Shown here piece by piece: positions 50,632 through 62,804 of a stretch of 64,000 nucleotides of DNA. The stretch spans positions 1,426,001 to 1,490,000 of the forward strand of contig JANJGN010000071.1 of NCBI GenBank assembly GCA_026770705.1, written 5' to 3'. Source of the DNA: Isurus oxyrinchus (Eukaryota). The notes under the pieces are model-generated. The model had not been told where the DNA came from, ran no database searches, and saw only the letters and a list, made by a program, of their open reading frames with translations. The translations under genes were made by a program, and so were the position numbers. Position 1 is the first letter of the stretch. Every line of letters starts with the position of its first letter.

Positions 50632-50928
50632 ATTTCACAGATAAACCCACGATATTCCCTGCTGAAATTATTGCAGGAAAGCATGTGGATGTAAGCTGCA
50701 CCATCAACACAATGTGCAATGGAACAGCAGCGCCTTTCTTAACCTGGGAAACTCCCACTGACGTACCTGGATCAGTCTCAAACACTGTAACTCAGCATGG
50801 TGTCACTCTGACCTATACTTCTGTTCTGACCCTGATCTCATCACTCAAACACCACGGACACACACTCTGCTGCAGAGTGAGATATCCATCTGTTTCATCG
50901 GAGCGGACCCTCGTACTAACTGTGCAAG
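50632..50928 (+). pseudogene. Gene B' D2 C2-set exon
   Basis: 297 nt; several replacement changes versus B (e.g. TLSC>TLCC, PVL>PFL). Confidence 0.8.
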
Positions 50929-51251
50929 GTAAGTACATACACCTTTCATTCTACATCAGCACTCCCTCAGCGCTGACCCTCTGACAGTGCAGCCCGTTCT
51001 CAGTGTCCACATTCTCAGACCTCTCAAAGTGCTTCACAGTCGATTGAAGTTAATTGATCTTTATTTGATTATTGCTGAATAAAGAGACAAGCTGTCTAAA
51101 GTTTACATCTCGCACACACCATTCTCCATGGCAACACGTCCACCTATCAGAGACCACTTGCCAACCAATCAGCACTCTCTTCCCATTAAGTATAAATTGT
51201 GGTTCACTTTCTGTTGGTAATCCTGCGAACGGGCTTCTTGATTCCTGCCCT

Positions 51252-51404
51252 GACATCTTAATGTCCAAATGAACAGAACAAGTTCCAACAATGAGCTGTG
51301 GTTGGTGATTCCTCCCATTACATATCGGGACACTGGAGACTATCAGTGTGTGGCAGAGAATGAACATAGAGCAGTGGAGGGGTTCATAACCATCAGTGTG
51401 GAAC
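51252..51404 (+). pseudogene. Gene B' 5'-truncated D3 exon
   Basis: Same insertion/deletion as 18034-18186. Confidence 0.8.
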
Positions 51405-53075
51405 GTGAGTGTACACAGACATCAACATCTCTCTTAGATTCAAACATTGCACAAACACACACAAATATACAGAACTAAATAGACACATGCAGACACACAT
51501 GTATGAGCAATTACAAAGACACACTCACGAACAAACACACTAGCACACACTCCCCTGTGGCTTACCTGAGTACTGCACTGGAGAGTTGGCCTGAATTCTG
51601 GGATTTGTGTTCCCAATCATGTTTATGGAAGAATATGGAAATTACAAAGTCTATAACAGACAGTCAGATGCATAGAGACACTCACAGATACTCTCTGCCT
51701 CTCCAACTCTCTCTCTCCCTTTAAGAAGCTTCCTGAAAGCTAACCCTTCGAACAATCACCGGCCCCAACTCCTCCTTATCTGATTCTGTGTGATTTTGTT
51801 TGTGTATCTGAGAGTAAGAGAGAGGTGGAGAGGTTTAGTTAGAGAATTCCTGCTAGTGAAAATCTTACATCATTTACTCACCTTTCCAGTGCACATATTT
51901 CCCAGTATGTCCAATGCCCCTGTTTATAATGATGACTGCCTATGTAAACGTCACGCTGTAGTTACATTCTCCCACCAGTGGTGGCATTGTAGCACTTAAT
52001 CCTTGTGTTTCCCAGCTTTTCAAGCAACTCCACTTCCCAGTTTGCTACATAAGCTGTGAGTTCATCAGAATTAAATTATTTCTCAAATGATAGATTTGAT
52101 AATTCATTTTATTGAAAACTCCCTCAGTGCCTCCCTGAAGGGTTTACACTCTCTGGGAAGCAGGAATAGGCTGGATGTTGGGGAGTTCATCTTTTCCCAG
52201 AGAGTAGGGATCCTTGAGAATGTGCTGTCAGTGGGTGTGGTAGTTCCTGTTTCTCTGTCGCCTTCAAGAGGGATCTGGAGTGGTTACTGACTGGGGGAGA
52301 GATCATGGAAGCGGAGAATGATACAGCACAGGAGGAGGCCATTCAGCCCATTGAGGCTGTGCCAGGTCTTTCAATGTTCTATCCAATCAGATCCACTAAC
52401 CACCACTCCACTTTACCCCATCTTCCTCCTTCAAGTGTTTATCCAATTTCCCTTTTGAAAGTTCCTATTGAATCTGCTTCCACCGCCCTTTCAGGCAGCA
52501 CCTTCCAGATCACAACAACTCGCTCTGTCAAAACAAATTCTCCTCATCTCCCCCTCCAGTTGGTCAATCTGTGTCCCTCTGGTTACCGACCCTCCTGCCC
52601 CTTAAATACATCGATACTGTTCACCTCGACCACTCCCTGTGGGAGTGAGTTCCACATTCTCCCCTCTCTCTGGGTAAAGATTGGAACTGTTTATTAAGCG
52701 GGGTGTGTAAGTCCGTGGGGGAGTCCATCTCGATTCTGCCCGATTCGCACACGCATCCGAGATGGATTTCCATCCTGCACTAAACGTTTCCAGAATTTTC
52801 TACAGCACAATCCTGTACACAGCGATGGAGAGAAACATTGGACAGGGAGTCCAACAGCACAATGATCCATTCTCACCAATGTTCCACGCGAAGGGGAAAG
52901 TTCCGATTGTCCACTCTTAGAGTGTTTACAATGAAAACATTCATTCCACATTGAATCCCAGTGGATGGGTCAATATTACAGCAAATGTTGCAGTGATATG
53001 AAGCTTGATTGTTCAGCCAGAGTGAGAGATTGAAAGCGGAGAGTCAGTGATGATTTCTTTCTGTGTGTTCTCTAG

Positions 53076-53215
53076 ACAGTGGAGGAGAGATTCTGCACGT
53101 GATCCTGATCCTGGGAATACGAGCTGTGATATTCCTTGTGGCTGTGGTTATCACTATCGCTGGAGTCTGTGTCTGGGAGAGACAAACAGTGAAAGGAAGT
53201 CGACAGACTGTTTGA
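53076..53215 (+). CDS. Gene B' activating-type TM/short-tail exon (itself intact)
   Basis: xSGGEILHVILILGIRAVIFLVAVVITIAGVCVWERQTVKGSRQTV*; Arg CGA at 53120-53122; no Tyr in tail. Confidence 0.8.
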
Positions 53216-54629
53216 AGCTTTGTACAGCAACAATCTGGTCAGTCAGTGCGGACAAATAACGTGTGATGTTGTGTTAAGTTGTAATGAAACTGGTCAGTGT
53301 CCTGGTTAGAATCACCTTCGTATCAGAGAGGCATTCCAGCACAGTAGGAGACCATTCAGCCCATTAAGTCCATGCTGTCTCTCTGTAGAGCAATCCAGTC
53401 AGTCCCATTCCCCCTCTCTATCCCTGTATCTCTACAAGTGTCCATCCAATTTCCTTTTGAAATCATTCATCGTCTCCGCTTCCACCATCCTCGTAGGCAG
53501 CGAGTTCCAGCTCATTACCACTCGCTGTGTAAAAAAGTTCCTCCTCACATCCCCCTCTGTCCAAAACCTTCAATCTGTGTCCCCCAGTCCTTGTCCCATC
53601 AGCTAATGGCAACAGCTTCTCTTTGTCTACCGTATCTAAACCCATCATCATCTTGTACACCTCGATCAGATCCCCCCTCAATCTCCTTTGCTCCAAGGAG
53701 AACAACCCCAGCTTCTCCAACCCAACCTTGTAGCTAAAATTCCTCATCCCTGGACCCATTCTGCTCAATCTCCTCCCCACCCTCTCAAGGACCCTCACTT
53801 CCTTCCCAAAGTGAGGAGACCAGAACTGGACACAATACTCTAGTTGTGACCTAACCAGAGCTTTATAAATGTTCAGCATAACCTCCCTGTGTTTGTACTC
53901 AATCCCTCGATTTATGAAAAGCTTATTCTTTCCATCAGCACAAACAGCAATTTCCAAGCGGACTCCCATCAGCAGACAGAGTGCAATGAAACATCGGCAT
54001 GCCTGCTTCTTAATGTACGGAGAGAAACCTGCAACGAGAGATTCTCCTTCTTCTCCTCAGCAAGCTGAAACTTTTCCTTATACCTGGTGCTCCCCAGTCC
54101 TGCTGTGTGGACACATCATACCACAGCATTGTCTGGCTGTGTGCAGCCAACATGGTCGAATAGGAATGAACAGAAATGTGACATTGCTAAACTCTGTTCT
54201 CTGATTGGAATGAGCTTTCTGAATGCTGCACCTTTTTCATGCTGCGATAGATTGTAAGAAGCATTTGGGTTATGAATAAAATTACATTGATTAACACAAG
54301 TGATTAAAATGTTCAGCCTTTTCTGTAGATACTTATGGATTAAAATTCTTATTTTGCTGCCAGATTCTTGGCTCAAAGACATTATTTCATGTTGTCACTT
54401 TTTCCAGTCAGATGAATTCCTGTGGCCATCTGTATAATGGAAATTTTCAATGTAAACACGTCACATTGCAGCTGCACACTCCTGCCAGTGGTGGTGCCAT
54501 TCCAAAACTGTCTTGCTGCACCAACACAGTGAGAATTATTCTCGACATGTACATGATGTTGTTGTTACACAGACATCAGGCGGAATCTTGGGCTGTGCCT
54601 AGAATGCACTTAGGACATTGCAGACCACG

Positions 54630-56290
54630 CACAGAACTGACAGTGCAGCGTTTCCTCAATCCTGACCCTCGGTCAGTGCAGCGCTCCCTCATTACTGTCC
54701 CTCTGACAGTGCTGCACTACCTCATTATTGACCCTTTTCAAGTGCAGCACCCTGTCAGCACTGACCTTCTGACAGTGCAGCACACCCTCATGGCTGACAA
54801 TCTGACAGTGCAGCACTCCCTCAGTACTCATCCACCCACAGTGCAGCACTCCCTCAGTACTGATCCTCTGACACTGTATCCCTCCCTCACTACTGACCTT
54901 CCGACAGTTCAGCACTCCCACGGTACACACCTTCTGACAGTGCAGCACTCCCTCATTACAGACTCTCTGACAGTGCAGCACTCCCTCAGTGCTAACCCTC
55001 CCACAGCGCAGCCCTCTCTCAGTACTCACCCTCCCACAGTGCAGCACTCCCTCAGTACTCACCCTCCCACGGTGCTGTTCGAGTTGATTCAATCAAGACT
55101 GGTGCCCAAAGAGGGAGGTTTCAATGCTAAATCATTGAATCGGTGAAAATTATTTTTAGGCTTATGGGAACAAGACTTAGTTCCTCAAATCCTTTCTTTT
55201 GCAATAACACACAGTACAAGAATTGTGTTTAAATAAATTCCAGTTAAACTTTGCCATGAAAGGATATCTTCTCACACTCGGCTCTACCTCAGTACTAACC
55301 CTCCCAAAGTCCGGCACCCCCTCAATACTGACCCTCTGACTATGCGGAACTCACTCAATACAGACCCGCCGACAGTTCAGCACTCCCACATTACTTACCC
55401 TCTGATAGTGCAGCACTCCCTCATTACTGACCCTCTGACAGTGCAGCACTCCCTCAATTCTCACCCTCCCACAGTGCAGCCCTCCCTCTGTACACACCCT
55501 CCCACAGTGCAGCACTCCCTCAGTACTCCCCCTCCCACAGTGCAGCACTCCCTCAGTACTCACCCTCCCACAGTGCAGCACTCCCTCAGTACTGACGCTC
55601 CCTCAGTGCAGCACTCCCTCAGGACTCACCCTCCCACAGTGCAGCACTCCCTCAGTACTCACCCTCCCACAGTGCTGTGCGAGTTGTTTCAATCAAGACT
55701 GGTGCACAAAGAGGGAGGTTTCAATGCTAAATCATTGAAATCGATGAAAATTATTTTTAGGCTTACGGGAACAAGACTTAGTTCCTCAAATCCTTTCTTT
55801 TGCAATAACACACAGTACAAGAATTGTGTTTAAATAAATTCCAGTTAAACTTTGCCATGAAAGGATATCTTCTCACACTCCGCTCTACCTCAGCACTAAC
55901 CCTCCCACAGTCTGGCACCCCCTCAATACTGACCCTCCGACTGTGCGGAACTCACTCAGTGCAGACAATCTGACAGTGCAGCACTCCCTCATTACTGACC
56001 CTGTGACAGTGCAGCACTCCCTCAGTACTGAACCTCCGACAGTGCAGCACTCCCTCAGTACTGACCCTCTGACAGTGCAGCACTCCCTCATTACTGACCC
56101 TCTGACAGTGCAGCAATCCCACATTACTGACCCTCTGACAGTGCAGCACTCCCTCATTACTGACCTTCTGACAGTGCAGCACTCTCCCATTACTGACCCT
56201 CTGATAGTGCAGCACTCCCACATTACTGACCCTCCCACAGTGCAGCACTCCCACAGTAGAGTCCCGCTGACAGTGCAGCACTCCCTCCGT
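54630..56290. repeat. 33-bp minisatellite with two copies of the ~205-bp block
   Basis: Blocks at ~55072 and ~55672 (three in copy 1). Confidence 0.9.
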
Positions 56291-56511
56291 AATGATAACA
56301 GGGATCGTTGAAATGTATCATAAGGCCAGAGACCTGTATTGGGGACTCTATCGCCTGAGTTTCAGCCTCAGTGGTGAGGGGGAGGAGTCTAATCCCACGG
56401 AGCCAATGGAGAAGCTTCATGACTACAGCTGCCCAAATATGAGCTGACAGATCATCACATGGTAAACGTTTTGCTGAGAGCACAAAACATCCTCGATCTT
56501 CTCACTGATTA

Positions 56512-56654
56512 CCCACTTCCTCATTTTGTCTCACAGTGACACATCCACCCTTTCTAATTAAACACACAGAGGGAGCAGCACAGTAAGAGGTCATTCAGCC
56601 CAAGCAGAGCGTGTGGGCAGTTCCTCCCCAGGCGAGCAGTCGGACAGGTCCTGG
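56512..56654 (+). promoter_or_regulatory. Gene C' promoter (PU.1 site) and non-coding exon 1
   Basis: CACTTCCTCATTTT; donor at 56654/56655. Confidence 0.65.
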
Positions 56655-57104
56655 GTAAGTAATGGAACAATTGGAATTCACTTCCACGACCAACACCGTC
56701 CTTTGTTGATGTTGTGACTTTATAAAGACAGATTCCAATGATTGATGCCTTTGAAAGATTTCTACTGATTATTGAGATCAGGGTGTGAGGCTCAAGTCTG
56801 TTGTACAGAACATCTTTCTAGCTCAAGGGATGAGGGAAGTGCAGAGACATGAGCTTTGGGACGTCTTGAGGTGGTGAAAGGTGCTATAGAAATGCAAATC
56901 CTTTAATGTTTTTCTTCCTTAAAGCCTTGTAACTCTCTGCAGAGCACCTATCATCCCACAGAGAATCAAATTAGTCTGTAAAGACATTTTCCAAAAACAG
57001 TTCTGATCTCTTGAGAGCTGTCGGACAAGAGGTGAGGTCTCATTAACTCTTTTCTCTTTCAGAGTTTGAGAGTCAGAACCTTATGAAGTATCTGGGAGTG
57101 GACA

Positions 57105-57144
57105 ATGATCGGGAAATCCTACTTCCTCCTGTCACTTCTCCAAG
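57105..57144 (+). CDS. Gene C' signal-peptide exon MIGKSYFLLSLLQ
   Basis: ATG at 57105, 40 nt, donor gtaata. Confidence 0.85.
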
Positions 57145-60100
57145 GTAATAACATCGTCAGCTCGGACAGGTTTATGGCTAATAGTCTTTGTAAAAGATCA
57201 TTCTTATTGAGTGTGATTGGGAACCGATTCAGCAGTGAGCCAGCGTACAAACTCACACCAAGTCCCATTCACCCATCACCCCTGTGCTCACTGATATACA
57301 CTGACTCCCTGTCTGACAGCAGAATTGGAGGAGAGCAGAGATCTCAGAGGGTTTTAGGGTTGGAGGAGGTTACAGGGATCGGGAGTGTAGAGGGGGGATG
57401 GTGGGGTAAGAAATCGATGATGAGAATTTGAAATTTGAGTCATTGCTGGACTGGGAGCCAGTGTAGTTCAGCCAGTGACAGGGGAGCGATCGGCTGAATA
57501 GAGAATCAGGAATACCAACTGGGGGATGAGGTCTATCCTGATGCTGGGACTCGGATAACAATGCCCTGAAATTTTGTGTCTTTTGCTGATTTTGTCAGAA
57601 TTTCCCATGAAGACAACACAGCAGCTCCTAGAATAGACAGGCTGTTCAGTGTCACACTTCCTGTCCATTCTCACCTTGCTAGATACTTCAATAAGGGAGC
57701 AAGATAACTGAAAGAGAGAGGAAGGTAAAGCTGTCTGTGTGTAAAGCTGTCAAATATTCTGAGTTATCATGATTGTTTCTGATCTGCTGCAGAGTTTAAA
57801 GTTCTCAGAACATTAGCACTTTGCAGCTCAGAGAGAGACCATTGACTCACTGCCTGAAAGGCCGGTGGAAGCAGATTCAACAGGAACTTTCAGAAGGGGA
57901 ACTGGATAAATACTTGAAGGGGACATTTTGCAGGGCTGTGGAGGAGAGAGCAGAGGTTAGAGTGGGACTAATTGGACAGATCTTTCAAAGGCCCAGCACA
58001 GGCTCGATGGGCCAAATGGCTTCCTTCTGATCCGGATCATTCTACAATCTGATAAATTAAGCCCCACATCAGTAACTCTTCAGGCTCCTGCTGCAGGGAT
58101 GGATCTTTGAGAAGGACAGGGAACAAGAGGTTCCTGGTATCATTTTCATATTTCTTGACAATTACATAAGTGTATAGATCTGTTGAATATTTGAGTCTCT
58201 AAAGCGTAGAGGTAATCTGCTGTTATGTCGAGATCTTGTGGTGGCAAAATTGTCTGGAGGTTTCTTTAATTGCTCACATTGATCTGTGGGATTGTCATTC
58301 TTTGATGTTGTCCCTGGTTTCAATTGACATTACACTCTTGATGCAATTGAGGAGGCTTTAAACTAATATGGCAGGGGATGGGATCCCAAGAGGAGGTTCA
58401 ACAGAGAGAGATGCACAGCCAAAATTAGAAGAGAGCAAATGAACCTGGAAGGCATAGAAATTATTGGCCATTTAAGGCTCAAGATAGCGTGGCAAAGTTG
58501 GATTGTATTAATTTTAATGCAAGGAGACTGACAGACTTGCATTCTCCTGCAGGTGTAATGTTGCAGCTCCCTTGAAACTGCCAATATTGTTGAATCTTTC
58601 TGCATATTTCAATGTTATGTCATGAACTGAGTTTATGGGATAGTTTCTGAGACTGGGACAGACATAAATCCATTGGCTTTCAGCCGGACCGGACAATCTT
58701 GGAAGTGGGTGGGGCCAGAAAATCCCACCACTATGGGAACATTTTCAGTTTATTTGATGTGCCCAGAGAGATCAATAAAGACCACAATCCACAATTTATT
58801 GGCAAGCCACGTCAGGATATGTGTGAGAGGTGGAATATCGATCACCGCTCCTAGTCTCGTCATGTACATCATCGCCATTTCCTGGATTGTCAGTCACCAC
58901 ATGTATATGTTCCTGATGGGATAGCGGATGGTCATTCTTATTGCTTGAAGTTACCCCGTTGTGCAGGGTTTGTTTGGATCAGCGCACGGCTCTTTGTAGC
59001 TGCATCAGCCTTTGCTCTAGTGCCCTGCCTCTGTCAATGGCCCTTTCTGCCACAAGCCTTGCAGGATTGGTGGAAAGCTGGGCATTTCCTTGGTGCCTGC
59101 AGAAGGCCACACCTTCCACACGTCTCACTAGGTTTGGATGTTCTAGTGAGTGTGTCAACAATTGATGTTGTACTGAGGACCTGTAAGCTTCGTTGACCTG
59201 CGAGGATCACTTCGTATTTATGTCCATCCTAGAGTAACTCTTCAATGCTATAGGTTTTGGTCTTATCTAGCAGATCTTTCTGGAAGGCTTCCATGGGAGT
59301 GGATGTGATCACCAACTCAACAACTCTGTCTGCAGACTCTGTGTTTGAAATCACAGTGCGTACCCTTTTCTCTACATCGGCTGATGAAGTGGTCTATGGA
59401 TTGTGTAGGCTGATGAAATGACATTAACTCTAGTTGATGAATATGGAGTTTCACCTGATTCTGAACCTGTCTTCTATTATCGTCCATATCTATTGGGGAT
59501 CCTTTCGCTCTTCTGCTGTTAATCCTGACGTGTTCAGCCTGTGTAGACCTTCATTCCCAATCGCGAGGTGAATTTTTATGGCTTGCTCGTCTGGTTCAGT
59601 CACACCTGAATCAGGAAACCCGAGCTCTGTACGCTGTTTAAACATTCTGAATTCAAATAGTCGGTCAGCTACATCCCAGTTCAAACTGGGGAATTTTGTG
59701 GACATTCTGACAATATTCCTTTGACCTTCCTTCTCCTACAGGACCTGGGATGAGTGTCGCTTTAGCCCCTTTCGTGCGCTTTTCCGAAGCTCTGCCCATG
59801 GAGACGGGTTGTGGCAGGAACACACCACGGAGTAATGGAGTCTTTGTTTTTTATTCAATTTGCTGTTCATCAAACTCAAAGCTGCCGGTTATAATCACTA
59901 ACTTCTCTGGGCTGATTTTTATAATGGTTTTTGTGTGTTTGACTCTCCCTCGCTCACTATCGATCCAGCCCACACCCTGGTCACTCGCCTTCCCTGACTG
60001 AGCTAACCCGCTGCTGGTCCTGGCGATACACACTGTCCCACACACTGACCTACAGGCCGTGTGCTGTAATCTCCCCACCAGGGATCCGTCTGCTCCCCAG

Positions 60101-62426
60101 CTCTTTACTTGAGCTCTTTCCCGTCACTGTGTCTTCAAAGGTTTCCTGAGCAGTCAGTACACTGCGATTTCAACCCTCTCTGATGCTGTGTCTCTGTTGT
60201 GGTCTGACCAAAGCATCGAGGATCGTCTCATGTCATCTAGCTCGATCTAAGGCTGTTCACCACGTCATACCTGTACTGAATCTTGCTGCCTGAATGTTTG
60301 GCCACCGCCGATCACCATGTTGTGTTTTTATAATGATATAAAGGCACCAGCCACTGATACGGAATTGGGTAAATACATTGTGGGTTCATTTATTTGGAAT
60401 AGGGACATGAGAACAGATATACAAGGATAGAAAGCTGGGAGACACCTGCAGCCAAACTGTGTGAGCTGTGTTCTGCTCACAGGCCAAAGTGAGACTTGGA
60501 CTGGATGGTGTTACCATCCCAGCTGATGTTACTACTGGGCAAGTCAGATCCCAGGGTGGAACTCAGCTTGACAGGTCCTAACTTTTATTTTTTATTTAGG
60601 AATGTGGAGTGCGGCTACTGAACAGAGTCATAGGAGTCATCTGATGAACTTCTAACAAAAGAATAAAACATTTATTAAACTAGGAAAGACAAACTATATG
60701 ACATTACTCATTCACCCAGATCTATACCTTTGCAGATTCATAAGTAGAACACAAGTTACGATAACTATCTTATACTCTCATGTTCACACTAAGTACACAG
60801 TCGATGTAAAACAATAGACGACCTGTGGTCAGGGACACCACATTCTGAAAGCAAGTGGCAGAGCCCACTTGAAACAACTTCTATGTCTCATCTGTCCCCA
60901 GACGCTTGTTGCACTGTGAGCCAACCAGTCTCACTGAAAAGCTTCTTTCATATGAGGGTTTCCAATCTCCACTCTCCAAGAACTCTCTTTGGAATCTTCT
61001 CCAACATGACACTTTCACTCAGACACCTTCCACAAGGGTCCACTTTCACTATTTCAAACTCTCCTTCCCATGTTCCTACCCCCTGGATCGCCACGTGCAT
61101 TCAGCCTTCCTTCCACGCCCTGTCTCTCCAATGCTCAGCCGTGTCAATGGAACACCATGGCTTCACATGGCCGTAGTAATGAGTCACCAACCTGTGGTGT
61201 CTCCTAGGATCTTCTGGCTTCTCACAAGCCTATTTTGCTTTAGGTCTGTGTCCTGCTGCTTTCTCCCTTTATGCTTGAAGCCTTCTTCTGCTCCTCACTC
61301 TTAACTTCACTTTACAGGGCCTTTTCCAGATTTGACTAGAAGGTTTTCTTGGGCCCTTTCTCCTGTCAAACTCGATAGATTTGGCTTCTTCTTTACTTTG
61401 GGACTGACTATCTGTCCCGCTCCTTTGCTGCTTCTCCTGGCAACTCCTTTCAACTGAACTGAAAGTACTTTTCTCTTTTTCTCGGTCTCTGTGGGTCCTT
61501 CCCTCTGGATCACTGTTGCTAGGCAACAGCACAGTTTCTTACACCTTGTATTTGTTTTGACTTCCCTTCAACAGTCATTAAACCTCAATGGAATGCTGGC
61601 TTCTTTTTAACTCAAGTTCCCCCTTTTCTCAACACCCAAATACAGAAATACAAACTAAACTTGAACTTAAAGATAGACCTTTTGCCTAATGCACACAAAT
61701 ACACATAGAACTTACTTAAGCGAGCACCAGTTCCTAAAAATCACATGACACACTTCCCCTCGAGTGATGTCATGCTGCTGTCCCTGAAAGGCATATTACA
61801 ACAGTGTTATCACTTGGCAGGTGATGTGTGCCAGGCAGACCAAGTCCCTGAGAGAAACCTGGTCACACTATCATAATGATTTTGCAATTTGTATTTATTA
61901 CGAGATGTGTGCACTTAATTCAGAAGCAATAACTCCACCAATACCTTTAGAGATTTAAAACAATAAATTAACATATTTGTCGTCAAAATAAAAGATTTCA
62001 AGCACATACATAATGACAATGACTGCTATCATAACTCCTAAAATTCCTAATTAACATGACTCCCAGTTACACTCCCTTTAAGGCAACAGACCAAAAATAG
62101 ATGTTAGATTTAAAACAAAATCAGCAAGTTAACCCAATGCCCCGGACAGTGGAATTCCAAATGCATTTTCCCCAACTTCAGTTCTGTTGGAGAGCAGACT
62201 TCTGCACAAACAGGGTCCTGAGGACCATGAACCAATGTAGAATGAACTTTTCCACTTTTGTGTCCAGGATTCTCTTCCATCCGGTGTGATACCTTGTGGA
62301 GTTCATTGTGTGTCCTGTAGATGGTCCACACTGCAGCCACTGTGCCCCAGTGATGGAGGGGGTGGATATCGAGTCTAGTGGATCAACAAAACATCCAGAG
62401 TTAAATATTGATATTTCTCTCCCCAG

Positions 62427-62804
62427 TTGGATTGTCACAAGAGTGGAAAGGTGACACTCCACGAGAGGTGACAGCACAGGAAGGTTCGTGTGTACAGATT
62501 CCATGTCATTACAGTTATCCATCAGATTTGATAAAGAAACCACAGGTCGGATTCTGGAAAATGAGAAGATACATACGGAACAAATGGTCTAAATGGTCTA
62601 TAGCCTTTCACTCCAAGGATCACAGTCGCGAGTTACAACGGTTCCGCCATCGGACCCGGCTGTCTGGAGACCTGAAAGATGGCGACTGTTCCCTGATTAT
62701 AAACAACATCAGACGGGAAGATGCAGGACATTATTTTTTCATGATAAAATTTGGCAATCGTCCGAGCCGTAACGTTTCCCCTGAAACCCAGCTTCACGTT
62801 TCTG
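62427..62804 (+). CDS. Gene C' distal V-set exon (V6), essential Arg replaced by Met
   Basis: 378 nt open; ..DAGHYFFMIKFGNRPSRNVSPETQLHVS (ATG 62741-62743). Confidence 0.85.
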
